Part shown: one piece after another, positions 12,502-27,451 of the stretch
Layout: each line of letters starts with the position of its first letter
Numbering within the stretch: the first letter of the stretch is position 1
Source: Eledone cirrhosa
Lineage: Eukaryota
Direction of reading: 5' to 3'
Length of the DNA: 64,000 nt
NCBI GenBank assembly: GCA_964016885.1
Contig: OZ024740.1
Span: 126,852,001-126,916,000, forward strand
Made by a program: the position numbers and the translations under genes
Notes under the pieces: model-generated
Databases searched by the model: none
The model's input: the letters and a program-made list of their open reading frames with translations, nothing else
What the model was told of the DNA's origin: nothing

Positions 12502-12789
12502 ATGAGGGAAATATATTTGATCGTTATCAGGTATTTTGGTATAACAATTTTTATTATAATTGAATAAGATACTCAACGAATTTTGTAGTCTTACTTTCAG
12601 TGTAGATTGTCTCTAGTTCTGTTTTGATATGTCTTAGTGCACACTTATCTGTGTATGTATATATTTCAATCACTTTCAAATAATGATTATGGCTCAATTT
12701 TATTCTCTAAATTCTATCTTGAGCTGTTTTTAGATACAAGACATATGTTTGATTTTGTATCATTCATGAGACCCTTAACTTTGAAAGTA

Positions 12790-12975
12790 ATAAGAGTTTC
12801 TACTTTTGGCACAAGGCCAGCAATTACCCAGTACATTACTGGTACTTTATTCTATCGACCCCGTAAGGATGAAAGGCAACATTGACTTCGGCGGGATTTG
12901 AACTCAGAATGGAAAGGGCCGTAATTCTATGCGTCAAAGCATGACGTCCGACCCTCTACCGTTACTGCCAATCCA
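12790..12975 (-). mobile_element. tRNA-derived SINE (Octopus-type)
   Basis: Reverse-complement match to 15251-15440. B-box GAGTTCAAATCCC, core TTTCATCCTTACGGGGTCGATA...AAGTACCAGT. Confidence 0.8.
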
Positions 12976-13197
12976 ATAATATGTCTGCTCCTTATGTGGT
13001 GAGCTGTTTATCGTCGAGAGGTTGGATTGCTATTTCTAGCGAACGAGAACCCCTCATGTTGTTGCTAGTGCTAAAATTAATGTGTTGATACCGCGTGCGT
13101 TTAGTCACTTTCAAGCCTGCATTGAAAGAGATCAGATGATTTTGAAATCCCCTCATTGATGATCCGTTTCAAATAATCTAATTTCGCTGTTATTTGG

Positions 13198-13320
13198 TGG
13201 ATGAAAGGATGAAAGGCAAAGTTGATCACAGCAGGATTGGACTCAGAGCGTGCAAAGAGGGACAAATATTGCAAAGTATTTTATCCGACGTCTTAACGAC
13301 TCTGCCAATTTGCGGCCTTA
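13198..13320 (-). mobile_element. Diverged SINE 5' fragment
   Basis: GGATGAAAGGCAAAGTTGATC...ACTCAGAGCGT...CTCTGCCAATT is similar to the neighbouring SINE. Confidence 0.6.
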
Positions 13321-13354
13321 ATTATATATATATATACAATTAAATCTGTCACTA

Positions 13355-13627
<273 letters not shown>

Positions 13628-13868
13628 TGTCTGTTCCACTGAATATTGAGAAATTGAAAATAACATTATGATAGGAGCCAAGATGGGACGTCTCAATTTG
13701 TATATATAAATGGAACGAAATAGAATTAACAAAGTAATTAGAGAGATTTGTCAATGTAAAAAAAGTAGCCTTTCTCAATTACTATTCAACAATTATATCT
13801 AAACGAACATTTCACCTCTGGCAAAAGAAACAGTATGATAAAATATATGACTCATTGGGAAATAATGG

Positions 13869-13903
13869 CTAACCCTAACCCTAACCCTAACTCTAACCCT
13901 AAC
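13869..13903 (-). repeat. Short interstitial (TTAGGG)n-like tract
   Basis: CTAACCCTAACCCTAACCCTAACTCTAACCCTAAC. Confidence 0.85.
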
Positions 13904-15250
13904 AAGATGGTTGTAGCAGCAAATATACTCCCAGCTGAATGCAATCAAAATATGTGCAATATATAATGTTGGGTTAAAATCATATCGTACTGAATCCTTG
14001 ACTTATATTTAAGAGAGATTATATTAAAACATCAGAACTGTATGTACAATTAGAAATAATTAATTGAAGAATGAAATAATGAAATCTGTGATGGGGTCAT
14101 ACATTTCACAAAGAAAATATTTGTAAAAAATTAATGCGGAATAGTAATCTAGAAGGAAAAGTTGTTTGAAGACAAATTGTCCAACTATAATGGTATGTAT
14201 CATCTCAGTAATCCTTTTATAAATGAATACTTTTTCAATTATGGAACGATTCATATATATTATTAGTGTATTTGATAGTTATCAGAAAGAATATTTCGAT
14301 CATTCACTGCAAAACGATGAAACATCGTTCATTAGAAAAAATGGAAGACGAATAGAAAAGTTATGAAATATACGGGCAATGAAAGACAATTTGCGTGTAA
14401 AGTGTCATTTTATACAGCACTGAATACGTTTTAATGCGTACGTATTGCACATAATAAATATGTTAGATCAGAACTCCGTAACATTTGCATTGATCAGCCT
14501 GAAAGTAAGGGTTAAATCTAATAACCGATATAGCTGCACGAGAAGGGAATGCATGATATATAGAAAGGAATATGGCTGAATATGAAACATTAGGTGCAAA
14601 AAAGCATCAAATCACCGGGACTAAAACGTAAGCAATATAAATAAAAATGAGTATTGCGAGAAGAAATTAAAAGCTCAGATAAAACAACCATGAATCATTA
14701 ACTTGTAAAATAGAGGATTGAAAAATGTAGTCCGTCATTAACACGCAAGAACGAATGATTAAAGAGCATTGTATACCAAATACATTGGGATTGAAGGCTT
14801 ATGTAACGTATTTATGCGTTAGGAGAAAAACAGAAATGATTCGACACTTGCTGTGTTGATGAAACAAACTTCCCTCCTTTGACACTGTTATGAAGTAATT
14901 GAAGCAAAGCAAGCATTTTTTTTTTAAAGGAAATCGTGTGATACAATCTCAAGTGAACGAGTTAACATACTGGGGAATAAGGAACAGAATGTGTTTACTG
15001 ATTGCGAATGAATTAGGCGAAAACGCACATAATCAGCAGATCAAATTTCATTTCAGAAAATAATTAACTCCAAAGAGATATAGATCAACGATATGGCGTT
15101 CTCAGTAAAAGCAATAACCTAGAAATATTTGAAAAAGTCAAGTGACAATAATTGAAGTTTCATTAGGAAGTAATGATTTGGAAGTCCAGTAGACATGGCA
15201 CTAGAGTTTTGAGGAAGTATTGATATATGCCATTATTTGTACTACGTATG

Positions 15251-15440
15251 GGCGGTGAATTGCCAGTATCGGTAGAGGGTCGGACGCCATGCTTTGACGA
15301 ATAGAGTTACGGCCCTTGCCATTCTGAGTTCAAATCCCGCCGAGGTTAACTTTCCCTTTCATCCTTACGGGGTCGATAAAATAAAGTACCAGTAATGCAC
15401 TGGGTATTTGCTGGCCTTGTGCCAATAGTAGTAACAATTA
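15251..15440 (+). mobile_element. tRNA-derived SINE (Octopus-type)
   Basis: B-box CTGAGTTCAAATCCCGCC, core CATCCTTACGGGGTCGATAAAATAAAGTACCAGT, tail GCTGGCCTTGTGCCAA. Confidence 0.8.
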
Positions 15441-15533
15441 TTTGTACTACGTATAATCAGCAGACATATGACGACAGTGTTCCAGTGGCTAGCTAATACT
15501 CCCCTCTCTTTCTCTCTCTCGTTCTCTCTCCAC

Positions 15534-15646
<113 letters not shown>

Positions 15647-16023
15647 TAAAAATAGACAAGGGTTAAAATGTCCTCTTCAGTAGTCTGGTGATTTATCGTT
15701 GGTATTTCGACGCATTAAAGGCTAGATACCTAAAATCAGTGCGAGCGATAACTCAATTAAGTTATCGGGACAGTGGGAAAATGGAGGGAAGGAAACAAAC
15801 ACATGGTGGTATTCAACGAAAAGAGAGGAAAATAGAGACAGGTCAATGAATCACGTGGGTATAAGCCCAACATATCAAATTGACGACGAGAAATAGACAG
15901 GTCCGAGATGCGAGAAGATTGAGAGAGGAAAGAAATTCAAGCTGGTCAGACGGGAGGAAGTGAGAGAGGGAGTGAGTGAAAGTGGGAGGAAGAACCAGCC
16001 GAGCGTGAGTGACCAGCAGCGGG

Positions 16024-16288
<265 letters not shown>

Positions 16289-16294
16289 ATATAT

Positions 16295-16489
16295 GGAAAG
16301 TATGACCACGACGGCAGAGCTCAAGCCGTTTCGACGGCTATTTCTGGACACTCAGTCCAGAAATAGCCGTTGAAACGGCTTGAGCTCTGCCGTTGGGGTC
16401 ATACTTTTTCATATTCCCACTCTACTACCCTAAGTATTGAGTACTCTTGTGCGTTATGCTCCATCTGGTTCCTTACCACATTTCCTTTG

Positions 16490-16492
<3 letters not shown>
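16295..16492. mobile_element. Fold-back pseudo-LTR fragment, family D
   Basis: Inverted arms centred near 16351, each with GAAACGGC-TTGAGCTCT-GCCGT (hammerhead stem III), flanked by TA. Confidence 0.8.
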
Positions 16493-16552
<60 letters not shown>

Positions 16553-17149
16553 TGAATAAATTTAGTCCTTCATCAGTGATCTGCCAACCTTCATTGGTAT
16601 TATACCTCGGTTGGTCCATACATATATATATATAACAAATTTAACAGATCTCTGTATCCAGGCGTTTTGCCTCTGTAGAATCAACAGCTAATTACCAGAA
16701 TAACGTAAGACTGAAAGAGCTGATCTATTCCGTAACAACTTTGGTATCCAAGAAACATGGAGTGATACAAATAGAAACAGACATCTAAACAAACCCCACA
16801 CCATTACAACGTTTTAAACAATGCAGAATGTGTTGTCCTTATTTCGTGAAATGGAAAGTTTGTATCCAATAGGTAAAAGGAAAACAATGTAAAATCACAA
16901 AATACTATACAGGATGAGACGCTCTAGAAAATGTGACATTTCTTCATCAAGGAGAACATATTACTTGAATCCAATCCCAATGATAATGCATACATATATA
17001 TATATATATATATAGTTCTTCAAGAAGGCAACAAACATAGGTACAAAACGTATTAGTTTCATGCGTTATATTGGAAAGAGTAAAGAAAGTTTGACGTGTC
17101 GGGCTTAGGCCCGTTTCAGGTGTACAACATAGAGACAGATATGTAGATA

Positions 17150-17830
17150 TATATCAACTGCAAACCCATAACACTGGAAGACGCTTAATTTCCGTTGATG
17201 CTGGATGACACACCACGATCATTGGGAATTAAATTATACTGTGAGGAAATTTGGAACAAATATTTCAAACAAAACAATAGACAATACATAACTAGGAAAT
17301 AGAAAAACATAGAACAAAATTATGTAACACCATATTCAACAATGAAATCACTATCACATTACGAAAGCATACAACTGTGACAGGATTCAAGGAACTGGTA
17401 ATCAGACCAGAATTTACAAACTAATTGCTGGAGCGCAAACCGATGTTAATTCTCCCCCAAATTAAATATGATACATCTCCCAAGTTGTAATCCATATAAC
17501 GTGCTAACTCACAATATGGAGTAGCCCTGAGGCTATACACTTTGTTACTCGCAGAAAAATACCATTACAAGAGAAGCTGAACGGACGTCAGAAAACGATA
17601 AATGTTTGAATCTAGCAGCTACTATTGAACCAGCCTACAATACAAGACAGAAAAATGAAGAAACAAAACCTGACAGTGGCCTTCATTAATTACTTAAAAG
17701 CAATGCAATTTTGAACGTTCATTGAAATTGGAGACACCAAATATTAATCATATACAATCAACAGGCGATATTATTTCAAAAACTAATATCACCACAGAAA
17801 AACTAAGAGAATAAAATTAAAATTAAGTAT
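17150..17830 (+). pseudogene. Heavily degraded non-LTR RT fragment
   Basis: Remnant RT-like peptide KKQNLTVAFINYLKA. No open frame. Confidence 0.35.
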
Positions 17831-17979
17831 ATAGCAATGGTTTATAATTGAAAGTATAAAAGAAAATGTAAAAGCCTAGAGAGGATCGTTATTACCTTGC
17901 TTGGTCGCCAGCTTTAGTTGACCTAAATACTTTTTGCACGAAAGCACACATTTGTATTAATGCCCCTAAATGTTCTGCT

Positions 17980-18745
17980 AGAGAACGGGTCGAAGATGGT
18001 GGATAGCGATACGGTCACCAGATATGATTGTTAGTTGTTTCATATGCGGGCATCCACCAGACGAATAAGCAACCCCAGGCCAAAAGTGGTAAAATACTAC
18101 TGTAGATGGAGAAATGGCACGAGGTGTTGCAGAAGAGAAAGAAGAGGCGTCCAAATTTAAGACATGGGCGAAGTTTAGGGTTAATTTGGAATCCGACTTC
18201 AAATAAGGAAATAAAGTGTTCTGGCAGACCATCCGCCGACTTCGCAATAAAAAGTTCTCCTCTACATCTGCTATCAGGAATTCATCTGGGTTTCCCTCTT
18301 CAGAGAGGGGCATTCCCGCGAGATAGAGAGAATACATTGCTGATTTCCTAAAAACGATTAAAACAACATATTCAGATATACACGAGATGCATCCGGGAGC
18401 GATGACTGATCTATCAGAGGTTGAAGTCACAAGAGCAGTTAAGTTGCTCAAATGTGGCAAGGTGGATGGGGAAGAGGGAATCCGGCCCGAGATGTTAAAA
18501 GTCTTAAATAGTCAAGGTGTTCTTGAGCGTATTAAATGTGTCGAGTCGCCTGGATCTCTGGAAGGGCACCTATGGAATGGCAATCGGGATAAATAATCCC
18601 AATTTAAAAAGGAAACAGAGATTATTCCAATTTCAGAGGGATGATCTTCTTAAGCTTTCCCAGTAAAGTCTATGTCATGTGTCCGGCAAAGAGATGTTGG
18701 GTGTCAAATCAAAGCTAGCTGATGAAAATATGGCTTTTGCCTCGT
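17980..18745 (+). pseudogene. LINE (RTE-like) fragment, region leading into the RT domain
   Basis: EVTRAVKLLKCGKVDGEEGIRPEMLK followed by KGNRDYSNFRGMIFLSFPSKVY, with frameshifts. Confidence 0.75.
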
Positions 18746-19903
18746 ACAGTATTTAAATTGTAATAAACATCAATATAGCAATTCACACAGCACACATCCT
18801 CCACAAGCATGAAGGGTTGAACTATTACAACTAAACCGTACACAAAAATGCCAACCAAACATCAACACAATTGCTACACATAGAAAATTAGTTGTAACAT
18901 GTTTTCGATTCAAAAGGGAATACCGTACACCTTCAAGGAACAAAAATTGCGCCTGAAAAATAGAAGATGACTGACATTTTGAATTTCAAAATCAACAATA
19001 TTAAGGATTCTATTATAGTTGGATGTATATAACTACATTTGTTCTGAAGTAATAATAATACTATAAATACATTGTTGTATGACATTACATAAAGGTAATA
19101 ACAAATATATTTTGAAAGCTGTGTACCTTTAACTGGCAAAATGTGCCAGCTTAACAAAACCCGAGAGACGGTATGTGGTATTTACATCCAATATAAGTGG
19201 TTTCTGAAAATAGTTTGCCATAATCGAAGTTATTCTTATATAGGCCGAGATGCCAAGATATATATTAACGATAACCGCACTTATATAAAACTAACAAGAC
19301 CGGCATATGAATTTTTTTTTCTGATATTCCCATTGCACTACTGCAATACACACACGCATATATATATATGTTTTTTTTTCTAAGAACTCGTTAAATATAA
19401 AAACAAAGAATACAAATATTTAGAATGAGGGGCATTGAAATATGATTAAATTGTTTTCAAAGAAAACTCTTCTGTTGACATGTTGGAATACTTAGATATT
19501 ATCCCTCTTTTGATATGAAATAATTTTATCTATTTATTTATTCATCTACGTATTAATCTTTACAATTGTGTTGTCATGTTTGGTGTGAAAATCGACCTGT
19601 TGTGTTTGTTCTATTTACGTATTGGAGCATCTTTCTATCATTTATGTCTAGCAGCAAAAACGTGACAATTGGTTGAAAAGACGGTAAAAATTCTCTAAAA
19701 GTAATAATAATAATCAATAAGATAAAGATATCTAAATGTCGGAGGAAGAACTTTAGGAAAATTAAAGATTATCTCTGTCTGTTGTTTGTTTCTCTTCTTT
19801 TTTTAACAATGTACAAAATAGGACATCAGAGCATTTATATTTACTAAATATCAGTATTCCTTTAATATTTAATATTGAATAACCCCCCCCCCCTCTCTCT
19901 CTC

Positions 19904-19961
<58 letters not shown>

Positions 19962-20029
19962 CATATATATATATAAATCAGGAAAGAAGAGTGACACGGT
20001 TTGCTATACAAAAAAGGTTTTTTAATCTC

Positions 20030-20817
20030 ATCTTCAACTCCTCTGTAAAAACCAAACTGCCTTCTACATTCTTTAAACTAATAGATAAACACTTCCCCAT
20101 TTCACATAGATATCATAAAATACTCAATAGAAACACTATAAAACTCTCATACTCTAAGGCAGCAAATATAGAATCGCAAATACGCAAGATCAACCACAGA
20201 AATATCTCTAGGGAATCCGCCCCACCTATGCGCAACATAGCACCAAATTATAAGCATAAACACATCACAGTATCACAACCGCAAGCGCATACAAGCACGC
20301 AGCAGCAAAACCCCAACGGGCATGAATCACAACCCACTTATAGCAGTGTACAAAACAGCAGTGTAGAAGCTGCACGAAATAACACCTCAAACTGTAACTG
20401 TCACCTACCGGATAGGTACCCATTGGCGAATAGTTGCCTCGATTCGAGCCTAGTGTACATGTGTACGGTCAACTCAGACAACTCCACCTGGCATTACATT
20501 GGATCCACCGCGGGTACTTTAAAAAAAAGATGGTATGTGCACAGACACTCGATGAAAAATGGTGCACTTATGGGTTCTACAACCCTCGCCCAAAAAATCT
20601 GGGAACTTAAGGACAACAACACTAACTACAGTATCAACTGGTCGAGGTTGTCGGCCGCAAAGACCTACACACCGGTATGTTCCGCTGTAGGATATGTGAT
20701 ATAGAATTACTGTATATCCTTAGAAATGTAAAAAAGCTACTTAAGAACAAGTTAGAATGATTTATCTTCTGCAGACACAAGATCGCCACTAAATTCATAA
20801 GATTTAAACCTCCGTGA
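20030..20817 (+). pseudogene. PLE linker plus GIY-YIG endonuclease fragment
   Basis: FNSSVKT...HFP..HRYHKILNRNTIKLSYS, CNC, LVYMC...HYIGST...RW..H. Frameshift near 20680, ends FKPP*. Confidence 0.88.
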
Positions 20818-21605
20818 ATCGAACCGACGTAACGTAGCTTTCAATTTAGGATACCCACTACACTGCACGAACCACCACAGAAATATAATCATTAAGTACA
20901 TTCTAGCCTTCTTAGTTCTATACCACACTCATGTCTGTAAGTACCTCATCAACCCATAAGCATATCTCTTCTCAGCTGCTGTCAGCACTTGATCCTAAAT
21001 CCAAGAATATTTCAAAATACTACTACAACAGAATTTTACCTTCCTCCTGTTATAATTATAGTCAGCATGTTTTCTCTTTATATGTATGTATATATCTGTA
21101 TGTATATATATATATATATGTTGTGTGCATGTGTGTATATATATATATTGCCTCCTTTACCTCTATATTAACTTGCCCATTATATTGCTACTCTGTTAAT
21201 GTTGTCTTATACATGTATGTTATTGATGATGAGAAAGCTAGACAACCCTTTCATCTAATATAGACCACACCAATCTCACTACAGTGATAAATCCTTCATC
21301 TGTCAGATAATAACCAACTCTTACGGCCACCTGACCCACATTGTTTAAAGACACCGGCTTATCTTTACACTAGATATAATACACCCCACGACAGCTTTTA
21401 CATGTCAATTTTATACATGTGCCTCATGTCAGCTAGTTTTACACGCTAAAATCGTAGATATACTATACTTCCCACCTAGATTGATGTTGTGAGTATCTCA
21501 AATAATTTATTGCTAGCATTGTTAGTATTGTTGTTATTGTTCTGATTGAATGCCATTACTACTATATATAGTAGCCATGCCTGTATATTCTTGTCATTCT
21601 CACAA

Positions 21606-21711
21606 GCTCCGATGAATTGACTGGTTATAACTTTGTATTGGTGATCGAGTAACGTGAAAATAAGCGGGTAGCGATCTCTAGACCTACCAGTTCAGAGAAA
21701 CAATTGTCAGC
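21606..21711 (+). ncRNA. Hammerhead motif, long stem II, core mutated (family E)
   Basis: Stem I GCT/AGC, CCGATGA (U4 to C), 81-nt stem II based on ACTGGT/ACCAGT, GAAA-CAATTG-TC. Confidence 0.65.
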
Positions 21712-21936
21712 AAGAGATTAAAAACCTTTTTTGTATAGCAAACCGTGTCACTCTTCTTTCCTGATTTATTATTACTCCAAGTGTTTACAGCATAGGAATT
21801 ACAGCGTACTCGTAGCATCACTATGGAAACGCCTTGTTGAGTCAATCTTAGCTAAGCGTTGATATCATTCACTACCCAGAGTACCATAACTGGACTACAC
21901 CTAAGTGCACTACCTATAACACTAATTTGTTATCCC

Positions 21937-22516
<580 letters not shown>

Positions 22517-22518
<2 letters not shown>

Positions 22519-22668
22519 GAAGTTCTATTTAAATTGTTGGGATACAACAAGCAAATATTTTTATAACTGATATAAAGCACTCAACAAATTATTGGAGTAA
22601 AAATACGATATATTAACAAATGGAAACTATATTTATAAAACCAGTTTCCATGTGTTAATATATCGTAT
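22517..22668. mobile_element. Short fold-back pseudo-LTR tail related to the 61771 element
   Basis: CGATATATTAACAAATGGAAACT is inverted against AGTTTCCATGTGTTAATATATCG and resembles 61773-61808. Confidence 0.55.
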
Positions 22669-22705
22669 ATATATATATATATATATATATCTATATATAT
22701 ATATA

Positions 22706-22849
22706 TATTAAAATAACAGATTAAAGTTTAAGCAAAGAATCGCTGCTTTCACCCTTAACGGGTGAATATTTGCTCTACGGTTCTTATATATTTGATATAT
22801 ATTTATCCTTATCGAGCCCTCTTTGGATTTTAGTCTTCAAATTTATTAT

Positions 22850-22855
<6 letters not shown>
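22706..22855. mobile_element. Rearranged pseudo-LTR fragment, family F
   Basis: Left part matches 42917-42972 directly and right part matches 42830-42916 inverted. The junction is at the TTCACCC/GGGTGAA hairpin. Confidence 0.75.
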
Positions 22856-22898
<43 letters not shown>

Positions 22899-22904
<6 letters not shown>

Positions 22905-22995
22905 GTGTTAGGGCCCCGACGGGTGAGCTCTAGCCGTTTCGACAGCTAGGTCCGAACTGGTTCGTTATGGTCTATGTGGTATATCACCACACACT

Positions 22996-23000
<5 letters not shown>
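22899..23000. mobile_element. ~100-bp rearranged mini-element related to family D
   Basis: Collinear in reverse complement with 24668-24775. Confidence 0.7.
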
Positions 23001-23047
<47 letters not shown>

Positions 23048-23131
23048 GTTATTCCGGGTTGAATCGGAGGTAACCACAGTAAGTAAGGTACTCAATACAT
23101 AGCAGAGTATAACAGTTTTAATATAGATGAG

Positions 23132-23178
23132 ATTCTACAGGACTAGAACTGTTTCATTCATTAGAACTCATCAGGAAT
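23132..23178 (-). ncRNA. Type I hammerhead ribozyme (family G, minus arm)
   Basis: Stem I ATTC/GAAT, CTGATGA, stem II GTTC/GAAT, GAAA, stem III CAG/CTG, GUA site. Confidence 0.8.
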
Positions 23179-23223
23179 TCCTGATGATTTCTAATGAATG
23201 AAACAGTTCTAGTCCTGTAGAAT
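23177..23223 (+). ncRNA. Type I hammerhead ribozyme (family G, plus arm)
   Basis: CTGATGA 23181-23187, GAAA 23200-23203, stem II closed by a U-U mismatch. Confidence 0.72.
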
Positions 23224-23237
23224 CTCATCTATATTAA

Positions 23238-23269
<32 letters not shown>

Positions 23270-23274
<5 letters not shown>

Positions 23275-23582
23275 GAAAAAAGATGAAATCGAAAATGCAA
23301 CTGGAGTCTTTTTTTTTTATTAAATATATATTTATTTGGTTCCTTTACCGGTTTAGAAGTTCTTCTGCTTTTCAAAAGTAGAATTGAGAAAAACTGCAAA
23401 CCCTCCATCCCAATTCTACTTTTGAAAAGCAGAAGAACTGCAAAACCGGTAAAGGAACCAAATAAATATGTATATTTTTTTAAAAAAGAGTCCAGTTGCA
23501 CATTCGATTTCATCTTTTATCCTTATACCTTCACTCGTGTAGGACACATCGGTTATTTTTCATTTTGTAAAAGAACCCTCAC

Positions 23583-23590
<8 letters not shown>
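23270..23590. mobile_element. Fold-back pseudo-LTR fragment, family B
   Basis: Homologous to 12117-12462 with a different junction. Confidence 0.75.
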
Positions 23591-23642
<52 letters not shown>

Positions 23643-23646
<4 letters not shown>

Positions 23647-24180
23647 CAAATGACTAAGTTAGCTAGATTGAAAAATACTAATTAAATTAATACAGTTTGC
23701 CTGTCTCGATTTAAAATAATAAATCAATAAAAACAAACCCATATTGGCAATAGCCGTGATACCTGGACAAATTTAAATTTCAAAACCCAAATCTGTTTCG
23801 CAGACAAATTTAAATTTCAAAACTCAAATCCGTTTCGCAACGATAAGTGAAAATTCCATTTCTGTGCTCTTCTGCAGGTATCCAGAAATTGGTATGTTTC
23901 ACCTCAAAATACTTAGGAGGACTGAGATAAAAGTGTTGAACGCACATGGTTTCTCAGCGGCTAGCCAGTCCTATACTCGTGCCGCTAAAAATACCAGCCG
24001 TTTTTATGGGACTAAAATGTTTAGTTTTTATTGTTTTTATTGTTTTTATTGTTTTTATTGATTTATTATTTTAAATCGAGACTGGCAAACTGTATTAATT
24101 TAATTAGTATTTTTCAATCTAACTAACTTGGTCATTTGCAATACAAACACTTATATAATTGTATTAGTGTTTATCATATA
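23643..24180. mobile_element. Fold-back element with ~92-bp inverted arms
   Basis: 23643-23735 is the reverse complement of ~24049-24142. Contains an internal 43-bp tandem duplication near 23767-23841. Confidence 0.7.
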
Positions 24181-24277
24181 TTAATTTATATTAATTTGTA
24201 TTTCATGGCTCCGAAATATCTCTTTCTTTGAGCTATTTAATTGTAAAAGACTGTTTGAGTTTATAACTCTATATATA

Positions 24278-24333
<56 letters not shown>

Positions 24334-24349
24334 ATTCGTATACATATAA

Positions 24350-24630
24350 AAACGAGATATCCTACACTGGTGAAAGAATAAGGAAAATAAATTGGAAATG
24401 CACTTGGAGTCTTTAAAGAACATTTATTTATTTATTTTACGGGTTTCACAGTTCTTGTGAATTTCAAAAGTAAAATTGAGATGGAGTTTTTGTGTTTCTG
24501 TTGTGGTTGTTACGCTCAGAATTACGAGACACCGGTGAAGTAAATAAATAATTATTGTTAAAAGACCCCGATTGCATTTTCAATTCCTTTTCTTTATACT
24601 TTCACCAGTGTAGGAAATCTCGCTTTTACA
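24350..24630. mobile_element. Diverged family B fold-back
   Basis: Inverted ends AAAACGAGATATCCTACACTGGTGAAAG / CTTTCACCAGTGTAGGAAATCTCGCTTTT. Confidence 0.65.
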
Positions 24631-24667
24631 CACACACACGTATATATATATATATATATATATATAA

Positions 24668-24775
24668 TAATAAAGTGAGTGTGGTAAGAGACCAGGTGGA
24701 CCATAACGCACCACTTGGAACCTAGCTGTCGAAACGGCTGGAGCTCAGCCATCACGGCCCTGATTCATTTCATAC
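24668..24775. mobile_element. ~100-bp rearranged mini-element related to family D
   Basis: Same arrangement as 22899-23000 in the opposite orientation. Confidence 0.7.
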
Positions 24776-24821
<46 letters not shown>

Positions 24822-24839
24822 ATAGAGAGAGAGAAAGAA

Positions 24840-24874
<35 letters not shown>

Positions 24875-25987
24875 GAGAGAGAGGGGAACATAAGCCTGCA
24901 AACATTAAATTGAATATAATTGCAGTGTCAGGAGGAATTATAATGGAAATCATTATTTATCCTCTGTGTGTGTATGTGTGTGTGAGTGTGAGGGAGGGTG
25001 TAAGTTTATGCGTGTTTGTTTGTCTATGTGTAAACAAGTTTATTCTTAGAACCACAATATCGTATGCATGCCCGTGTATTTCTTTGTGAAAATATGTTCG
25101 TCATGGTATTCCAAATATTAATGCCTAATTCGGGCATTTATATTTATAGAAATATCCCATGTATTACATAAGTTTGCACATTTTGACGAATTGTTATCCA
25201 AATACTCATGACTCGTACGAGAGTTTATAGATATCACATATTCATGAAGTTTACAAATTTGTATAAAACGTATCTAGATGTTTAAGAATTTGTTTTTGTT
25301 TTCTTTGTCGGCATAGAATACTAGTAGAGTTAAGTTTTTAATTTAATGCACATAATACACAATTTCATTTACTGAAATATGAATATATATATATGAATGT
25401 TATAATTTATGTTTTTTTAAGATAATGGTCTTCTTTTAATATCATCATGGAATGAATAATAACGTAAGGAAAAATCATATTAATCATTTAGAGAAGATTT
25501 TCTGTATATTTTGTAGTCGTATTTTATTTTTATATTTATTTAACATTTTCGTAAACGAATGGATTATTTTTATCTAACTGGAATATTTATGTATTTTTCG
25601 GCATTTTTAATGAAATTTAAATAATCTTCAACAATATTTGGTTTAGATGTAGGAAAATTGATATTTATTTTTTATGTTCCCATTTAAAGACAGAACGTTA
25701 ATAGAGAATGTATATCTCTTAACGTTAAGAGAGAATATATATATCTCTTAATAGTTATAGAATAGAATGTTTCCTCCATTTAGCAGATTACGAAACCATC
25801 ATATATGTCCAAAAGAGCATACATAGCACAAACAGATTTCGCAGGTGAAGGGTCTGTTCAGAAACGTCAGCATCCTCCTCCCTATATAACATATAAACTT
25901 ATCCAAGATCACGAGCCACAATAAATATATGTAAATATGTGTGTGTGTGTATACATACATATATATGTGTATATGTATATATATATG

Positions 25988-26696
<709 letters not shown>

Positions 26697-27451
26697 CACA
26701 CACACATACACACACACATATACATTATACACATATATAGAGAGAGAAAGAGATATATGTATGTATGTATTGTTCATGTAGACGGCCATCGCTCTTCTCT
26801 GGCTGTGTTGCTTTACTAAATATCATTTAAAACCTTTACATTTACAGCGTTCGTTTGTGCTTGGAAGCAGTTTATGTTTAGACAGTTAAGCAAGGGCTCC
26901 AATTGTGTATAAGTTTTAACCACTGATATGTCTGATGATTACTAAAGATGTATACAACTTAAACTACCTGAAATTCGACAATGTGACCTTGCAGAGAAGA
27001 AATATTTCATTGAATTTTCAGTTAGCGTCAATAAATTAAATGCTATATAAAAGCATTTCTGTTTACTCGGTGTTTAGTCTGAAGGCAACACGAATGATTA
27101 GCATATTCTCTCGCAGGTACAACATTTCCATTTTATCCTCCAAATAACATATTAGATAGAAACTGCTTAATTTTCATATATCGTGTAATAATTTGCCTTC
27201 AAAGGAAGATAAGATTAGGGTGGTTTTGTCTATAAGATATTTAGAAGAAGATTGAATCACAAGTTAAAGGGTGGGCTGGACACTAATCTCAGATAATTCG
27301 TAAAAGTGTAATTCGTAAACATATAAGAGAAGTAAGTTTCTTGGGTCTTATAATCATATGAAATAACTGTATTTCATCAAAATAATCATAACATAAGTGC
27401 ATCATTTCAGTGCTTCCATAGTCTTAAAACGGTAAAATGACTTTACCAAAT

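Larger units (their letters stand above)
23046..23241. mobile_element. Fold-back pseudo-LTR, family G, with two back-to-back hammerheads
   Basis: Palindrome centre CATCAGG-AATT-CCTGATG, flanked by TA. Confidence 0.85.

Noticed and set aside
13869-13903. Telomere or telomere-associated retroelement
   Set aside because: Only about six units, internal, and not attached to an endonuclease-less PLE.
14250-15200. Possible hAT transposase remnant
   Set aside because: No ORF or convincing motif can be recovered by eye. It needs a translated homology search.
15665-15725. Minus-strand GAAA...CTGAAGA (type II hammerhead order)
   Set aside because: Stems I and III cannot be formed.
17089-17122. Minimal hammerhead remnant CTGAAAC-GGGC-CTAA-GCCC-GACA-CG-TC on the minus strand, with similar remnants near 25845 and 33464
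   Set aside because: Three or more core changes. Probably fossils, too degraded to call.
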